Assembly (NCBI RefSeq): GCF_002945325.1
Contig: NZ_CP026606.1
Location: 930,001-962,000, forward strand
Reading direction: 5' to 3'
Length of the DNA stretch: 32,000 nt
Source of the DNA: Methanococcus maripaludis
GTDB lineage: Archaea; AGJL01; Methanococci; Methanococcales; Methanococcaceae
Below are positions 1-9,505 of this stretch, piece after piece; within the stretch, counting starts at the first letter, position 1, and each line of letters begins with the position of its first letter. Both the position numbers and the translations under genes were made by a program. The notes below the pieces were generated by a model. The model saw nothing but the letters and a program-made list of their open reading frames with translations. It searched no databases and had not been told where the DNA came from.

Positions 1-1
1 A

Positions 2-271
2 AATCCGGCACTTTTAGAACATGAAAAATTTACGGGACTCTTAAGAGCAATTTCACACCTTTCTGAAGAACTCATGAAAAGAAAAGATATCGATAATTTA
101 CCGCAATCAGATATTGACCATATTTCTGGAGACATTGTAAGAGTGTACGAAAGACTCGTATCAGAATGGTTAGACTACATGATGTATTTAAAAAATAACT
201 ATCCATATTTATTTTCACTTGCAATGCGGTCAAATCCTTTCGATTTAACGTCAGAAATAATTGTAAAATAA
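2..271 (+). CDS. C-terminal part of an unidentified protein, truncated by the window start
   Basis: The frame of the 74..271 ORF stays open upstream to base 2 (NPALLEHEKFTGLLRAISHLSEELMKRKDID...), so the listed Met is probably internal. Confidence 0.75.
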   Translation, partial: NPALLEHEKFTGLLRAISHLSEELMKRKDIDNLPQSDIDHISGDIVRVYERLVSEWLDYMMYLKNNYPYLFSLAMRSNPFDLTSEIIVK

Positions 272-273
272 AT

Positions 274-312
274 CTTTTAAAGGTACATGGGGTTTATCCC
301 ATGTACTTAAAG
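274..312. repeat. Strong inverted repeat/hairpin just after the partial CDS
   Basis: Perfect 9-bp arms GTACATGGG (283-291) and CCCATGTAC (298-306) with a 6-nt loop, plus imperfect flanking pairing (CTTTTAAAG / CTTAAAG). Confidence 0.8.
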
Positions 313-433
313 AGTGCCAATTTATTTTTGAGTAAACTATTTTTACGAGAGTGTCTTTGTGCCAAGTTACGAAGTACGGCAACTATGGACAAATATTTCA
401 AACACCGTTAACACGATATTTAACAGTATATTT

Positions 434-451
434 CGCTTATCATACGATAAG
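434..451. repeat. Second hairpin in the same convergent gap
   Basis: GCTTATC-ATAC-GATAAGC: perfect 7-bp arms with a 4-nt loop. Confidence 0.75.
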
Positions 452-592
452 CAACAAATATACCTTTTTTTAATATATATTGTTTTTGGCAGGACTTTTT
501 ATGTAAATCGTCTTTTTAACATTTTATAAGGTTAAATTTTAGTTAATCAAATTTATTTCTAAAAAAGTAAGTTTATTAAAAATTAAAAGGAA

Positions 593-1672
593 TTAAAATT
601 CAATATCTTCTCTTTCCATTTTCTTTTTTGAAAGTGATATTACTGGGTTTATTGATGCTTCTCCTTCAACTGAAACGTATCCGTTGATTACAGTTCTATC
701 GAAGAATCCTTTACCCCATTTGTTTCTTACTAAAACTGTGGAGTATCCTTCAGGAGTTCCAACGTTTCCAACTGAAATATCCGAAGAAATTCCTGTAAAG
801 TCCCTACAGACTTTGCATCCTTTTCTGACATATTCATCCATTTCATCAATTTTAAAATTGAATACGTTGCCATGTATTGTTGAAACTATGAGTTTTCCCT
901 TGTCAATTTCCATTTTTTTAATATCCCAAGGGTTTACTTCAACTTCTTTTAGCTTTTTGAGCATTTTATCATAGTCAAAGGTTTCAAAACAGAACAGTGA
1001 TATTTTTAACCTTATTGCCTTTTTGAAAGGTTCAACTAAATCGTTGTTTGTTGCCATCATCTGGTAAACTGCATTAATAACACAAGGTGTTCCAACAACT
1101 GCAATTTTGTTTAATTTTTTTACCATTACAGCTTCTTTTAAAACTTCGAGTATTGGGACGTTCCAGTTGTATCTACTTCCAGCAGTTTTTAAAACGTCTT
1201 CTTTCGATGTTGCAAGGTATGATTTTGGATCCATTGTCCATTTATCTTCCATCATAACAATTGCGCCGTCAATTAAGTCTTCATCGAAGGCATTTGCTAA
1301 AATTGCGGTTACAACACCACCACTTTGAATATTTTTAGTTTCGAGTGTTGATTTTGCTTTATAATTTTCAATAACTCTTCCTGGAACTTTTTCTAAATTA
1401 AAGATGTGTCTTTCTTTTGTTCTTGGACATGCATTGTAACATGCACCGCAATTTACATCGTAGAGAGTTACTTTACAGAATTCCGCTGAAATTGGAGACT
1501 CCCCATTTTCAGTTGGCACAATAATACATGCGCATTCGTCACAGTCAAACTGCACGGGACTTTGCTGTTTAAAGTATATATTTTCAGTAGGACATACAGA
1601 AACGCACGCTCCGCAACCAGAGCATGTTTCTCTATCCCATACTTCTTCTTTTAAGTTCAAGTATGACTTCAT
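593..1672 (-). CDS. Coenzyme F420 hydrogenase/dehydrogenase beta subunit (FrhB)-family iron-sulfur protein, linked to glutamate synthase
   Basis: CSGCGACVSVCPTE and NCGACYNACPR Fe-S motifs with an FrhB-like body (SGGVVTAILANAF, VGTPCVINAV). Start placed at the ATG after AGGTGG rather than the upstream GTG at 1681. Confidence 0.85.
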   Translation of the reverse strand: MKSYLNLKEEVWDRETCSGCGACVSVCPTENIYFKQQSPVQFDCDECACIIVPTENGESPISAEFCKVTLYDVNCGACYNACPRTKERHIFNLEKVPGRVIENYKAKSTLETKNIQSGGVVTAILANAFDEDLIDGAIVMMEDKWTMDPKSYLATSKEDVLKTAGSRYNWNVPILEVLKEAVMVKKLNKIAVVGTPCVINAVYQMMATNNDLVEPFKKAIRLKISLFCFETFDYDKMLKKLKEVEVNPWDIKKMEIDKGKLIVSTIHGNVFNFKIDEMDEYVRKGCKVCRDFTGISSDISVGNVGTPEGYSTVLVRNKWGKGFFDRTVINGYVSVEGEASINPVISLSKKKMEREDIEF

Positions 1673-1704
1673 AATTTCCACCTAAATCTCTTAAAGTATT
1701 TTAA

Positions 1705-2475
1705 TTATCTCAAATCAGGTGTGTACAGTTTCTGGAATGGCCTGCTTGAAATTGGAGCGATTTTTGTATATTTTGAATTGATAAGTTTTTCTTTGATTTC
1801 GTTAGAATAACCAAATTCTGCACAGAATTCTTCGATGTATGGAGTAATTTTTTCAATGTCTTCTTCAGTAAAGTCCTTGATGTCTGCTGCAATTCCAAGT
1901 TGGGAACTTTCGACAATTCCCCTGATGTAAATTACACCGCCGTGAATTCCTGTTGCAATCATTCTTCCTTCGATATTTTCAGTATCTTCTTTATCCATGT
2001 TGAAGTTTAAAATAATTCCTCCAGCCATGTATTCCCCAAGGAAGTCTTTTGCAGCTCCACCGATAACTAAAACAGGGAATTTGTATTTGTATTCTTTCAT
2101 GTGGATTCCGCTTCTGTATCCAACATTTCCTTGAACGTAAACTTTTCCGCCTCTCATCGAGTGGCCGGTTACATCCCCACTACTTCCGTGAATTACGACA
2201 AATCCTTCATCCATTGTATTTCCCGGAGCATGGTCCGCATTTCCATTTACAACTACTTTAGGGCCTTTCATAAACATTCCGAGGTCTCCACCAGGAACTC
2301 CGTTTACGATTATCGTTAAATCTTTTCTTGAAACTCCGTTTCCAATAAATCTCTGGCCTAAAACATTTTCAAGTACTAATTTTTCCAAGTCTTTGTTTTC
2401 GTCCAAAACTTCGTGGATTTTCTCGTTTAATTCCCTGTAGTCCATGTCCTTGGCGTCAATTTTAAGTTCTTTCAT
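1705..2475 (-). CDS. Glutamate synthase alpha-subunit domain 3 (GXGXG) protein
   Basis: Repeated GGxVxVxGNxG-type beta-helix motifs (GSSGDVTGHSMRGGKVYVQGNVGYRSG). An AGGTGA RBS precedes ATG 2475 (MKELKIDAKD), so the ORF start at 2496 is probably too long. Confidence 0.88.
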   Translation of the reverse strand: MKELKIDAKDMDYRELNEKIHEVLDENKDLEKLVLENVLGQRFIGNGVSRKDLTIIVNGVPGGDLGMFMKGPKVVVNGNADHAPGNTMDEGFVVIHGSSGDVTGHSMRGGKVYVQGNVGYRSGIHMKEYKYKFPVLVIGGAAKDFLGEYMAGGIILNFNMDKEDTENIEGRMIATGIHGGVIYIRGIVESSQLGIAADIKDFTEEDIEKITPYIEEFCAEFGYSNEIKEKLINSKYTKIAPISSRPFQKLYTPDLR

Positions 2476-2495
2476 TCTTTCACCTAGACTGGCCA

Positions 2496-4028
2496 TTACA
2501 TTCCTGCCTGTTTTATTCCTAATGTATTTAATTCAATCTCGCTGAGTCCTACGCCCCTCAATCTGTCTCTGTTTCCTCTGAGACTTTCTATAGAGTTAAT
2601 TCCTGCAGCTCCGAGTAATTCTTGGATTTCGTGAGTCCATGCGTGTATTAAATTAGCGACTCTTCTTGCAGCGTCATCTACTTCCAATCTTTTTACGAGT
2701 TCAGGTTTTTGAGTTGCAATACCCCATGCACACTGTCCCGTGTAGCATCTTCCACATACTGTACAGCCCATTGCAACCATTGCAGCGGTTCCAATGTACA
2801 CTGCATCAGCACCAAGTGCAATTGACTTGAATACATCAGCGGAGTTTCTAATACCTCCACTTGCAATGATGCTTATTTTATGCCTGTTTCCTTGCTCTCT
2901 TAATCTATCATCTACTGCTGCGATTGCAACTTCGATTGGAATACCAACGTTATCCCTAAATACTTTAGGTGCAGCACCAGTTCCACCCTTAAATCCATCG
3001 ATAACAACTGCATCTGCATCTGATGTTGCAATACCGTTTGCAATTGCTGATACATTGTGCACTGCAGAAATTTTAACAAATACTGGCATTTTCCATCTTG
3101 TAGCTTCTTTCAAACTTCTGATGAGTTGTGCAAGATCTTCAATTGAGTAGATATCGTGGTGAGGTGCTGGCGAAATTGCATCTGAACCTTGAGGAATCAT
3201 TCTCGTCATTGAAACTTCTGCTGACACTTTTTCTCCAGGTAAGTGCCCTCCGATTCCAGGTTTTGCACCTTGACCGATTTTGATTTCAATTGCAGCCCCT
3301 TTGTTTAAATATTCACTGTTTACACCAAATCTACCACTTGCAACTTGTGTGATGATGTTATCTGAATATCCATACAAATCCCTGTGAAGTCCGCCTTCAC
3401 CTGTTCCCATGAACGTTCCACATTCTTTTACAGCTTTTGCCATTGCTTTGTGGGAATTTAATGAAAGTGCACCGTATGACATGTGTCCGATCATTATTGG
3501 AGTATCTAACTTAAGATTTGGAGCAATTTTTGTTTTTAATTTTGCTTTTTTGACTTTTTTACCGTCGATTTCTTCTTCAACGTAGTCAAATTCTAATTTT
3601 TCTGGTTTTTTACCAACGTATGTTCTAAGTTCCATAGGTTCTCTTAATGGATCTATTGAAGGGTTCGTTACCTGACATGCATCAAGAACAATTTTATCGA
3701 AGTATATCGGGTACTCTTTTGCATTGCCCATACCGCTTAATAGAATACATCCTGATTTCGCCTGTGTTACAACATCCTGTTTTACTTCAGGTGTCCATAC
3801 GGGGTGTTCCCTACCGCATGATTGATTTAATGTAACGGTAATAGCATCTCTAGGGCACAGTGAAGCACATCTTAAACATGCCCCACATCTGTTAGGGTAC
3901 GTTAAAATTTTATTTCCCTGTCTTCTGTAAACGCCCCATGAACACTCAGTAGTACATCGTTCACAAAGCATGCATCTTTCCGGATCCACAAAAACTTTGT
4001 ATTTTGGCGGAACTGTTGAAGGTATCAT
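2496..4028 (-). CDS. Glutamate synthase central/FMN-binding domain protein with N-terminal 2x[4Fe-4S] ferredoxin
   Basis: CMLCERCTTEC and CGACLRCASLCP; GQGAKPGIGGHLPGEKVS; DGFKGGTGAAP; CTVCGRCYTGQCAWGIA. Confidence 0.95.
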   Translation of the reverse strand: MIPSTVPPKYKVFVDPERCMLCERCTTECSWGVYRRQGNKILTYPNRCGACLRCASLCPRDAITVTLNQSCGREHPVWTPEVKQDVVTQAKSGCILLSGMGNAKEYPIYFDKIVLDACQVTNPSIDPLREPMELRTYVGKKPEKLEFDYVEEEIDGKKVKKAKLKTKIAPNLKLDTPIMIGHMSYGALSLNSHKAMAKAVKECGTFMGTGEGGLHRDLYGYSDNIITQVASGRFGVNSEYLNKGAAIEIKIGQGAKPGIGGHLPGEKVSAEVSMTRMIPQGSDAISPAPHHDIYSIEDLAQLIRSLKEATRWKMPVFVKISAVHNVSAIANGIATSDADAVVIDGFKGGTGAAPKVFRDNVGIPIEVAIAAVDDRLREQGNRHKISIIASGGIRNSADVFKSIALGADAVYIGTAAMVAMGCTVCGRCYTGQCAWGIATQKPELVKRLEVDDAARRVANLIHAWTHEIQELLGAAGINSIESLRGNRDRLRGVGLSEIELNTLGIKQAGM

Positions 4029-4055
4029 CTTTTCTCACCTAATTATTAACTTAAA

Positions 4056-5147
4056 TTAAATTTTTTTCTCTAATTTTGCAATAACCATTCTTCCTGCGTC
4101 TGGCATCCATACTCGATCCAATTCAGGGCATATTTTCCTAATTGCTGATTCTTCACTTGATACAAATAACAAGTCATCTTTTTCTGCAGCAACTAATGGT
4201 CTTAATTTAATTCTGTCAGTTAAACCAACCATTGTATTTCCTTCTTCGACTTCACCATTCATGAAAGCCATTCCTTCTTGTGTTCCAACAACAATTCCGA
4301 AAGGACCGTTCATTGTTGCACCGCCATAGGTCATACGGATTGCTTCGTGTATTTTTTTATCTTCTTTGGACATACTCTCGATTTCATCCCAGAATCTTGG
4401 AGCTAATGCACTCATTGCATATTCTACAGGGATTTTGTGTTTCCTGATGAGTAAATCGAAGAGATATGCAACAACTTCTGTGTCGGTTAAAAGTTTACAT
4501 TTGTATCCAAAACTTTCAACGTATCTTTTGTTTGCACCGTAGCTTGTAATTTCTCCGTTGTGAACTACAGACCATCCTAACAGGTTGAATGGGTGCGCAC
4601 CTCCCCACCATCCTTTCGTGTTTGTAGGGTATCTTGCATGTGAAAGCCATTGGAAACCTTTGTACTGGTCAATTTTAAAGTATTCTGCAACTTCTAAAGG
4701 CCATGCAGCGGCTTTAAATACGCCCATATTTTTACCGCTTGAAAATACAAATGCTCCGTCGATTTTAGCGTTGATATCCATTACGATATCCACCATCATG
4801 TCTTCTTCGACTGATTTGTATTTTTCATCAAACCTGTAGAAAAATCTCCACGAAACCTGTTCTTTTTTGATAATTCCTTCTTCTGTTGGAATTTCTTCAT
4901 CTTTTAAGATGTATCCGTATTTTACAAGAACTTCTTCGACTTCGTGTCTAATTTTATCGTAATCTTTGGTTGCATCTAAAAAAACGTGTATTGCATAGTC
5001 ATCTTTATAGTCTGGGTAGATTCCATATCCTACATAACCTGAACCTTCACCATTTCCTCTTTCCTTTAAACAATTCAAGGCTGTAGCAATCCTGTCTCCA
5101 CTGATAAGTCTTCCAGTTCTACTCATAAATCCGATAATTCCGCACAT
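4056..5147 (-). CDS. Glutamate synthase glutamine amidotransferase (class II) domain protein
   Basis: [10 protein letters not shown] with the N-terminal nucleophile Cys2; HARYPTN; [13 protein letters not shown]. Confidence 0.93.
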   Translation of the reverse strand: MCGIIGFMSRTGRLISGDRIATALNCLKERGNGEGSGYVGYGIYPDYKDDYAIHVFLDATKDYDKIRHEVEEVLVKYGYILKDEEIPTEEGIIKKEQVSWRFFYRFDEKYKSVEEDMMVDIVMDINAKIDGAFVFSSGKNMGVFKAAAWPLEVAEYFKIDQYKGFQWLSHARYPTNTKGWWGGAHPFNLLGWSVVHNGEITSYGANKRYVESFGYKCKLLTDTEVVAYLFDLLIRKHKIPVEYAMSALAPRFWDEIESMSKEDKKIHEAIRMTYGGATMNGPFGIVVGTQEGMAFMNGEVEEGNTMVGLTDRIKLRPLVAAEKDDLLFVSSEESAIRKICPELDRVWMPDAGRMVIAKLEKKI

Positions 5148-5293
5148 GATAAGCCTCCAACTTTAGGTTATCCTATTATGAAAAAAGTCATTTATATACA
5201 TTATTGAATATAAAAGAGCCAATATACTCTGAAAAATTATTTTTTATAGGTTAATCCAAGTATTTATTCAATTATTTTAAAAAATATAAAAAA

Positions 5294-5911
5294 TTATTTT
5301 TTAATATCAACAACACCAGTTCTAAACAAGTGTTCTATACTAACGCCTTCGATTTCATCGATTCCACTTTTATCCATTACCACGAATACTTTTTTAGGGT
5401 TAGCAATACCTTTTAAGTATTTTATTGTTTCTTTTACAGAATTTCCAGATGTCATTACATCATCAACAATAATAACGTCCTTTCCAACAATACTGGACAT
5501 GTTTTGACCGATAAATCCTGTTGTTTTCTCTTTTTCAGTATGGATGTGTTTTTTTGGAACATATATAGAGAAATTTTTATCAAGTTCATCCGAAATCAGC
5601 GTTGCAAGAGGAACCCCGCCTGAAGAAATTCCGACAACACCGTCAAATTCAACATCTGAAAGCATGTCGCAGATTATTTTTGAAATATTTCTAAGCCTTC
5701 TTGATGAAGCCCGAACGTTGTCCCATTCTAAAAAGATATCCAACTTTTCAGAATCCTCTTTAGGACTTTCTTCAGCCTTTAAAAGTTCTTCACCATTTAG
5801 TGTAAGATATAATGCCGTTTTAACTGATATGTTTAGTTCTTCTGCAATATCCCCACTTGGAAAACCCATATCCCTTAATTTTAAAGCCTTAAGTATGAGT
5901 TCTTTTTTCAT
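5294..5911 (-). CDS. HTH plus orotate phosphoribosyltransferase-like protein (PyrE-like / GfcR-type regulator)
   Basis: N-terminal HTH-like segment ([26 protein letters not shown]) and PRPP-binding motif [11 protein letters not shown]. Confidence 0.8.
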   Translation of the reverse strand: MKKELILKALKLRDMGFPSGDIAEELNISVKTALYLTLNGEELLKAEESPKEDSEKLDIFLEWDNVRASSRRLRNISKIICDMLSDVEFDGVVGISSGGVPLATLISDELDKNFSIYVPKKHIHTEKEKTTGFIGQNMSSIVGKDVIIVDDVMTSGNSVKETIKYLKGIANPKKVFVVMDKSGIDEIEGVSIEHLFRTGVVDIKK

Positions 5912-6105
5912 GATATCACCACGTTACCAGATAATACTCTTTTATATTATTTTTATATTTCGCTAGATTTTGATTGATGCCAAAGAATGACATATATTCT
6001 CAGAAATTCATGAAATATTTTTATCAGATAGATTTATAAAATGCCGTTTTAGATTATAAAACAATATTCAGTTTATTAAACCCAAATACTAATTTAGATG
6101 GTAAT

Positions 6106-6951
6106 ATGAACAAAAATGAAATAGCTAATCTGAAAATGCAAGGTTTTATCCTTCAAAACGATGGAAAACATTTTGCATTAAGAATAAAAACCGATGCAGG
6201 ATGCATGGATTCAGAAAAAATTGACAAATTGTCAGAAATATCAAAAAAATACGGTAGAAATTATATTAGTTTCACCGTCAGGCTTTGTGTAGAAATTCCT
6301 TGGATAAACTACGAAGATATACCTAAAATAAAAGAAGAACTTAAAAATTCAAGCCTGATATCCGGTGGAACTGGAAACACTGTAAGGCCCCTTGTCGCTT
6401 GTAAGGGAACTGTTTGCACTCACGGACTTATTGACAGTCAAAAGATTTGTAACGAACTTGATTCATTATTTTTTGGAAAAAAATTACCGCATAAATTTAA
6501 GATAGGAATTTCAGGATGTCCAAATAACTGTGCAAAAGCGCAGTTAAACGATGTAGGAATTATTGGACAGAGAATACCAAAAATAAATGAAGAAAACTGT
6601 AATGGATGCACACTGTGCTTAAAATCCTGCAGTGTCGATGCAATCACAATCGTTGATAAAAAAGCAGTTATAGATTATGAAAAGTGCGTTAACTGCGGAA
6701 AATGCGGGGAATCGTGCAAAAGAAAATGTATTTCTTTAAAAGATGGTGTATTGATATCCGTTGGCGGAAAATTCGGTAAAAAATATAAAATTGGCGAAAA
6801 TATAGGAATATACGATGCTCCAAATCTTGAAAAGATAGTTTCTGAGATTATGGATTATTTCGAGGAAAATGCAGATTCTCATGAAAGATTTGGCGATACA
6901 ATCGATAGAACGGGAATTAGTTCTTTAAAAGAAAAATTAAAAGGTTATTAA
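6106..6951 (+). CDS. Small sulfite/nitrite reductase-like siroheme and ferredoxin-domain protein (Dsr-LP type)
   Basis: CKGTVC...CPNNC siroheme/Fe-S motif and an inserted two-cluster ferredoxin (CNGCTLCLKSC, CVNCGKCGESCKRKC). Confidence 0.83.
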   Translation: MNKNEIANLKMQGFILQNDGKHFALRIKTDAGCMDSEKIDKLSEISKKYGRNYISFTVRLCVEIPWINYEDIPKIKEELKNSSLISGGTGNTVRPLVACKGTVCTHGLIDSQKICNELDSLFFGKKLPHKFKIGISGCPNNCAKAQLNDVGIIGQRIPKINEENCNGCTLCLKSCSVDAITIVDKKAVIDYEKCVNCGKCGESCKRKCISLKDGVLISVGGKFGKKYKIGENIGIYDAPNLEKIVSEIMDYFEENADSHERFGDTIDRTGISSLKEKLKGY

Positions 6952-6968
6952 TAAATATTAACCAGTTA

Positions 6969-7697
6969 TTATAACATTCCCATCCATTTGTGGATTTGTG
7001 GCGTGCACATTACATCCACATACTTGCCACAAATGGCCATTAATTCAAATATCTTTTTTTTCGAAGTAGTTGTTTTTATTTTATCAGTTGGTGATACCGG
7101 CTGAATACATAGCGTTATATTTCCAATTTTTGATAAATCTATTGCAATTCTTTCAATTAATTCTTCAGAAGTTTCTTCAAACACGACAATTTTTGCATAA
7201 ACGTCAGTTCCTGCCAGATAGAGTCTTTCAATCGTTTCAAGTTCTTTTTTATACAATCCATACCAGAAATCGTCGTCTTTATTTTCAAAGTGTTCTGGCA
7301 ACTTTATATCTATTGAAGCATAATCGTAGCTACCCAATCGTTCTGGAAACATTCCATTGCTCTCTAAAAACGTCTTATAACCTTTATGTTTTAAAATCTC
7401 AGAATATTCTTTTATTTTATTTGAATATACCAGAGGTTCTCCTCCAGTAAAAGAAACTGCAAAAAGGTCAGGAGTCCTCAATTTTTCAATAATTTCGATA
7501 AGTTCATGTTCAATTTCTAGATATTCCATAAATTCGCCTGATCCGGAAATTTCTTCGACTCTTGCAGTTCCCCCTGGAGCATTTGGCTCGTCACAATATA
7601 TGCAGTCAAGGGGGCATTCTTTAAATCTCACAAAAATAAATCTTTTACCAATAAACTTCCCCTCCCCCATAATTGAGGAAAACACTTCTCTAATCAT
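6969..7697 (-). CDS. queE: 7-carboxy-7-deazaguanine synthase-like radical SAM protein
   Basis: SSIMGEGKFIGKRFIFVRFKECPLDCIYCD (CxxxCxxC) and the SFTGGEPL motif. Confidence 0.8.
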   Translation of the reverse strand: MIREVFSSIMGEGKFIGKRFIFVRFKECPLDCIYCDEPNAPGGTARVEEISGSGEFMEYLEIEHELIEIIEKLRTPDLFAVSFTGGEPLVYSNKIKEYSEILKHKGYKTFLESNGMFPERLGSYDYASIDIKLPEHFENKDDDFWYGLYKKELETIERLYLAGTDVYAKIVVFEETSEELIERIAIDLSKIGNITLCIQPVSPTDKIKTTTSKKKIFELMAICGKYVDVMCTPQIHKWMGML

Positions 7698-7843
7698 TTA
7701 ACCACCGATAAATCGTTTTTAAAATTTAAAACGTATTTAATATTAAGTTCTCAAATAATGAACTCAGATACTTATATATACTATCAAAAGCAGTGTAATA
7801 TTGCATCAATATAAGAGATGTATATAATACTAGGTGAATAAAT

Positions 7844-8053
7844 ATGGCTTTCGGTAAACCCGCAATGAAAAATGTTCCTGTTGAAGCAGGAAAAGAATAT
7901 GAAGTAACAATTGAAGACATGGGTAAAGGTGGAGACGGAATCGCTAGAATCGATGGATTCGTTGTTTTCGTACCTAACGCAGAAAAAGGTAGCGTTATTA
8001 ACGTTAAAGTTACCGCTGTAAAAGAAAAATTCGCTTTCGCAGAAAGAGTATAA
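7844..8053 (+). CDS. Small TRAM domain protein
   Basis: 69 aa; EYEVTIEDMGKGGDGIARIDGFVVFVPNAEKGSVINVKVTAVKEKFAFAE matches the TRAM-domain pattern. TATA-like ACTTATATATA about 70 bp upstream. Confidence 0.9.
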   Translation: MAFGKPAMKNVPVEAGKEYEVTIEDMGKGGDGIARIDGFVVFVPNAEKGSVINVKVTAVKEKFAFAERV

Positions 8054-8069
8054 GTGTTTCACGTCTTCC

Positions 8070-8111
8070 CTTAATACCTGTGGGCTTTTATCGGAAACCC
8101 CAGTAGTTAAG
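8070..8111 (+). repeat. Imperfect hairpin between the TRAM gene and the next ORF
   Basis: CTTAATACCTGTGGG pairs with CCCCAGTAGTTAAG with single-nt bulges. Confidence 0.5.
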
Positions 8112-8113
8112 CA

Positions 8114-9091
8114 GTGATAAAGATGATCGAATCACTCATTCGATTCTTTTATTTTTTTATTAGTCTAGTTATATACTGGATCAATTTAATCCGTGCATTT
8201 AATCTGGAACTTATTGAAAAACGTACTCTTGACATTATTTTTGTTTTCAACTTATCAGTACTTTTCTTTTCGATATATTTTATGTCTGATGTAAATTATG
8301 TTTTTGGACTTTCTGTTTATGCTGCTTCTTTTTTGAGCGTTTTACTGATTAGAAATCAGGTCTTTTTTGAAAAATTTACAAAACTTTTAAAAATGGATCT
8401 TTCGTTTGACAATCCGATTCATAAGATTTCACTTTCGCTTTCTACATACATTTTATTAAATCCAATAATCGCTTTTGCATCGGGAGCAGGTCTTATAATC
8501 ATCCTTTCTGACTTTTTAGAAATATTAGATATTGCCGCATTTCAGCTTATAATTTTAGTCTACGCATTTGTTGGAATAGGCTTTGGAACGAGAAAAAACT
8601 TAAAACAGTCTATTAAAAGGCTTGATATAAAACGTCCATCCTTAAAATACGCAATTTTTGGAGTAATCCTTCTATTAATGGTTGATAAATTTATATGGGG
8701 ACTTTTTGACTTTTTTATATATGTCTTCCAGTCAATGGATCCGGCAATTTCAGAACATATTGCAGAACAGGCTGTTGTTGAAAATTCAAATGTCAATGAA
8801 GTTGTAAGTACAATAAAAACTTCAGCATCTACGCCATTAAAAATAGTATTTTTATCAATAATAGTTGGAATAAGCGAAGAAGTAATGTTTAGAGGGGCGT
8901 TACAGCCGAGATTTGGAAACATTTATACAAGCTTACTTTTTGCAAGTCTTCACGCCCAGTATCTATCATCAATGGTACTTTTAGATGTATTTATAATAAG
9001 CTATATCCTTGGAATGATAAAAGAGAGGAAATCTACATCCACTACAATATTAATTCATATATTTTACGATATTTTATCATTAATCTTTTGA
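8114..9091 (+). CDS. CPBP-family (Abi/CAAX-like) intramembrane metalloprotease
   Basis: Multiple hydrophobic segments, EEVMFRG (EExxxR) and FASLHAQY motifs. Start codon uncertain (GTG 8114 or ATG 8123). Confidence 0.85.
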   Translation: MIKMIESLIRFFYFFISLVIYWINLIRAFNLELIEKRTLDIIFVFNLSVLFFSIYFMSDVNYVFGLSVYAASFLSVLLIRNQVFFEKFTKLLKMDLSFDNPIHKISLSLSTYILLNPIIAFASGAGLIIILSDFLEILDIAAFQLIILVYAFVGIGFGTRKNLKQSIKRLDIKRPSLKYAIFGVILLLMVDKFIWGLFDFFIYVFQSMDPAISEHIAEQAVVENSNVNEVVSTIKTSASTPLKIVFLSIIVGISEEVMFRGALQPRFGNIYTSLLFASLHAQYLSSMVLLDVFIISYILGMIKERKSTSTTILIHIFYDILSLIF

Positions 9092-9436
9092 TTCTGACCT
9101 TAAACAGTCGTAAAACCACGGTTCTTCATAAGATTCATAATTTTTAACATAAGGGCAGTCTTTTGGAAGTGCAGAAACCATTATAGCTTCGAGCATTGAA
9201 AGGCACTTTTTTTCTTTTTTAAACCGGTTTTTATAAATTTTACAGCGTTTTGTTTCAGTATCAAGGTGGTTGCAGTATACAACTTCAGGTTCACTGCATT
9301 CGGTTGAATTAAAAACGTGGATTATACAGCACCTTCCGCACTGCTCGCAGAGATCGTCGGGAAACATTTCCGAACTTAATTTTATTATTTTTTCTTTTTC
9401 ATACTTTATTGTACCTTTTGAAGTAAAAATGTTCAT
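9080..9436 (-). CDS. YkgJ-family cysteine cluster protein
   Basis: LCEQCGRCCIIH, YCNHLDTETKRCKIYKNRFKKEKKC and KDCPY cysteine pattern. Overlaps the convergent CPBP gene by 12 bp. Confidence 0.82.
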   Translation of the reverse strand: MNIFTSKGTIKYEKEKIIKLSSEMFPDDLCEQCGRCCIIHVFNSTECSEPEVVYCNHLDTETKRCKIYKNRFKKEKKCLSMLEAIMVSALPKDCPYVKNYESYEEPWFYDCLRSESKD

Positions 9437-9505
9437 AATATCACGTGGAAATTTAAAATAAATTTTTAAAAGGGGAAATATTAAAAAAAATAATTAAAAA
9501 AGTAA

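Noticed and set aside
684-1328. Plus-strand ORFs opposite the FrhB-like gene (684..974, 1107..1328)
   Set aside because: Low-complexity Ser/Thr/Phe/Pro-rich translations that mirror a strong minus-strand gene; typical shadow ORFs of AT-rich coding DNA.
1705-2496. Overlap of the GXGXG and central glutamate synthase genes at 2496
   Set aside because: It depends on the upstream start; the RBS-supported start at 2475 leaves the genes non-overlapping.
2101-4839. Plus-strand ORFs within the glutamate synthase operon (2101..2319, 2794..3150, 3647..3835, 4585..4839)
   Set aside because: Antisense to well-supported conserved coding regions and without motifs or RBS.
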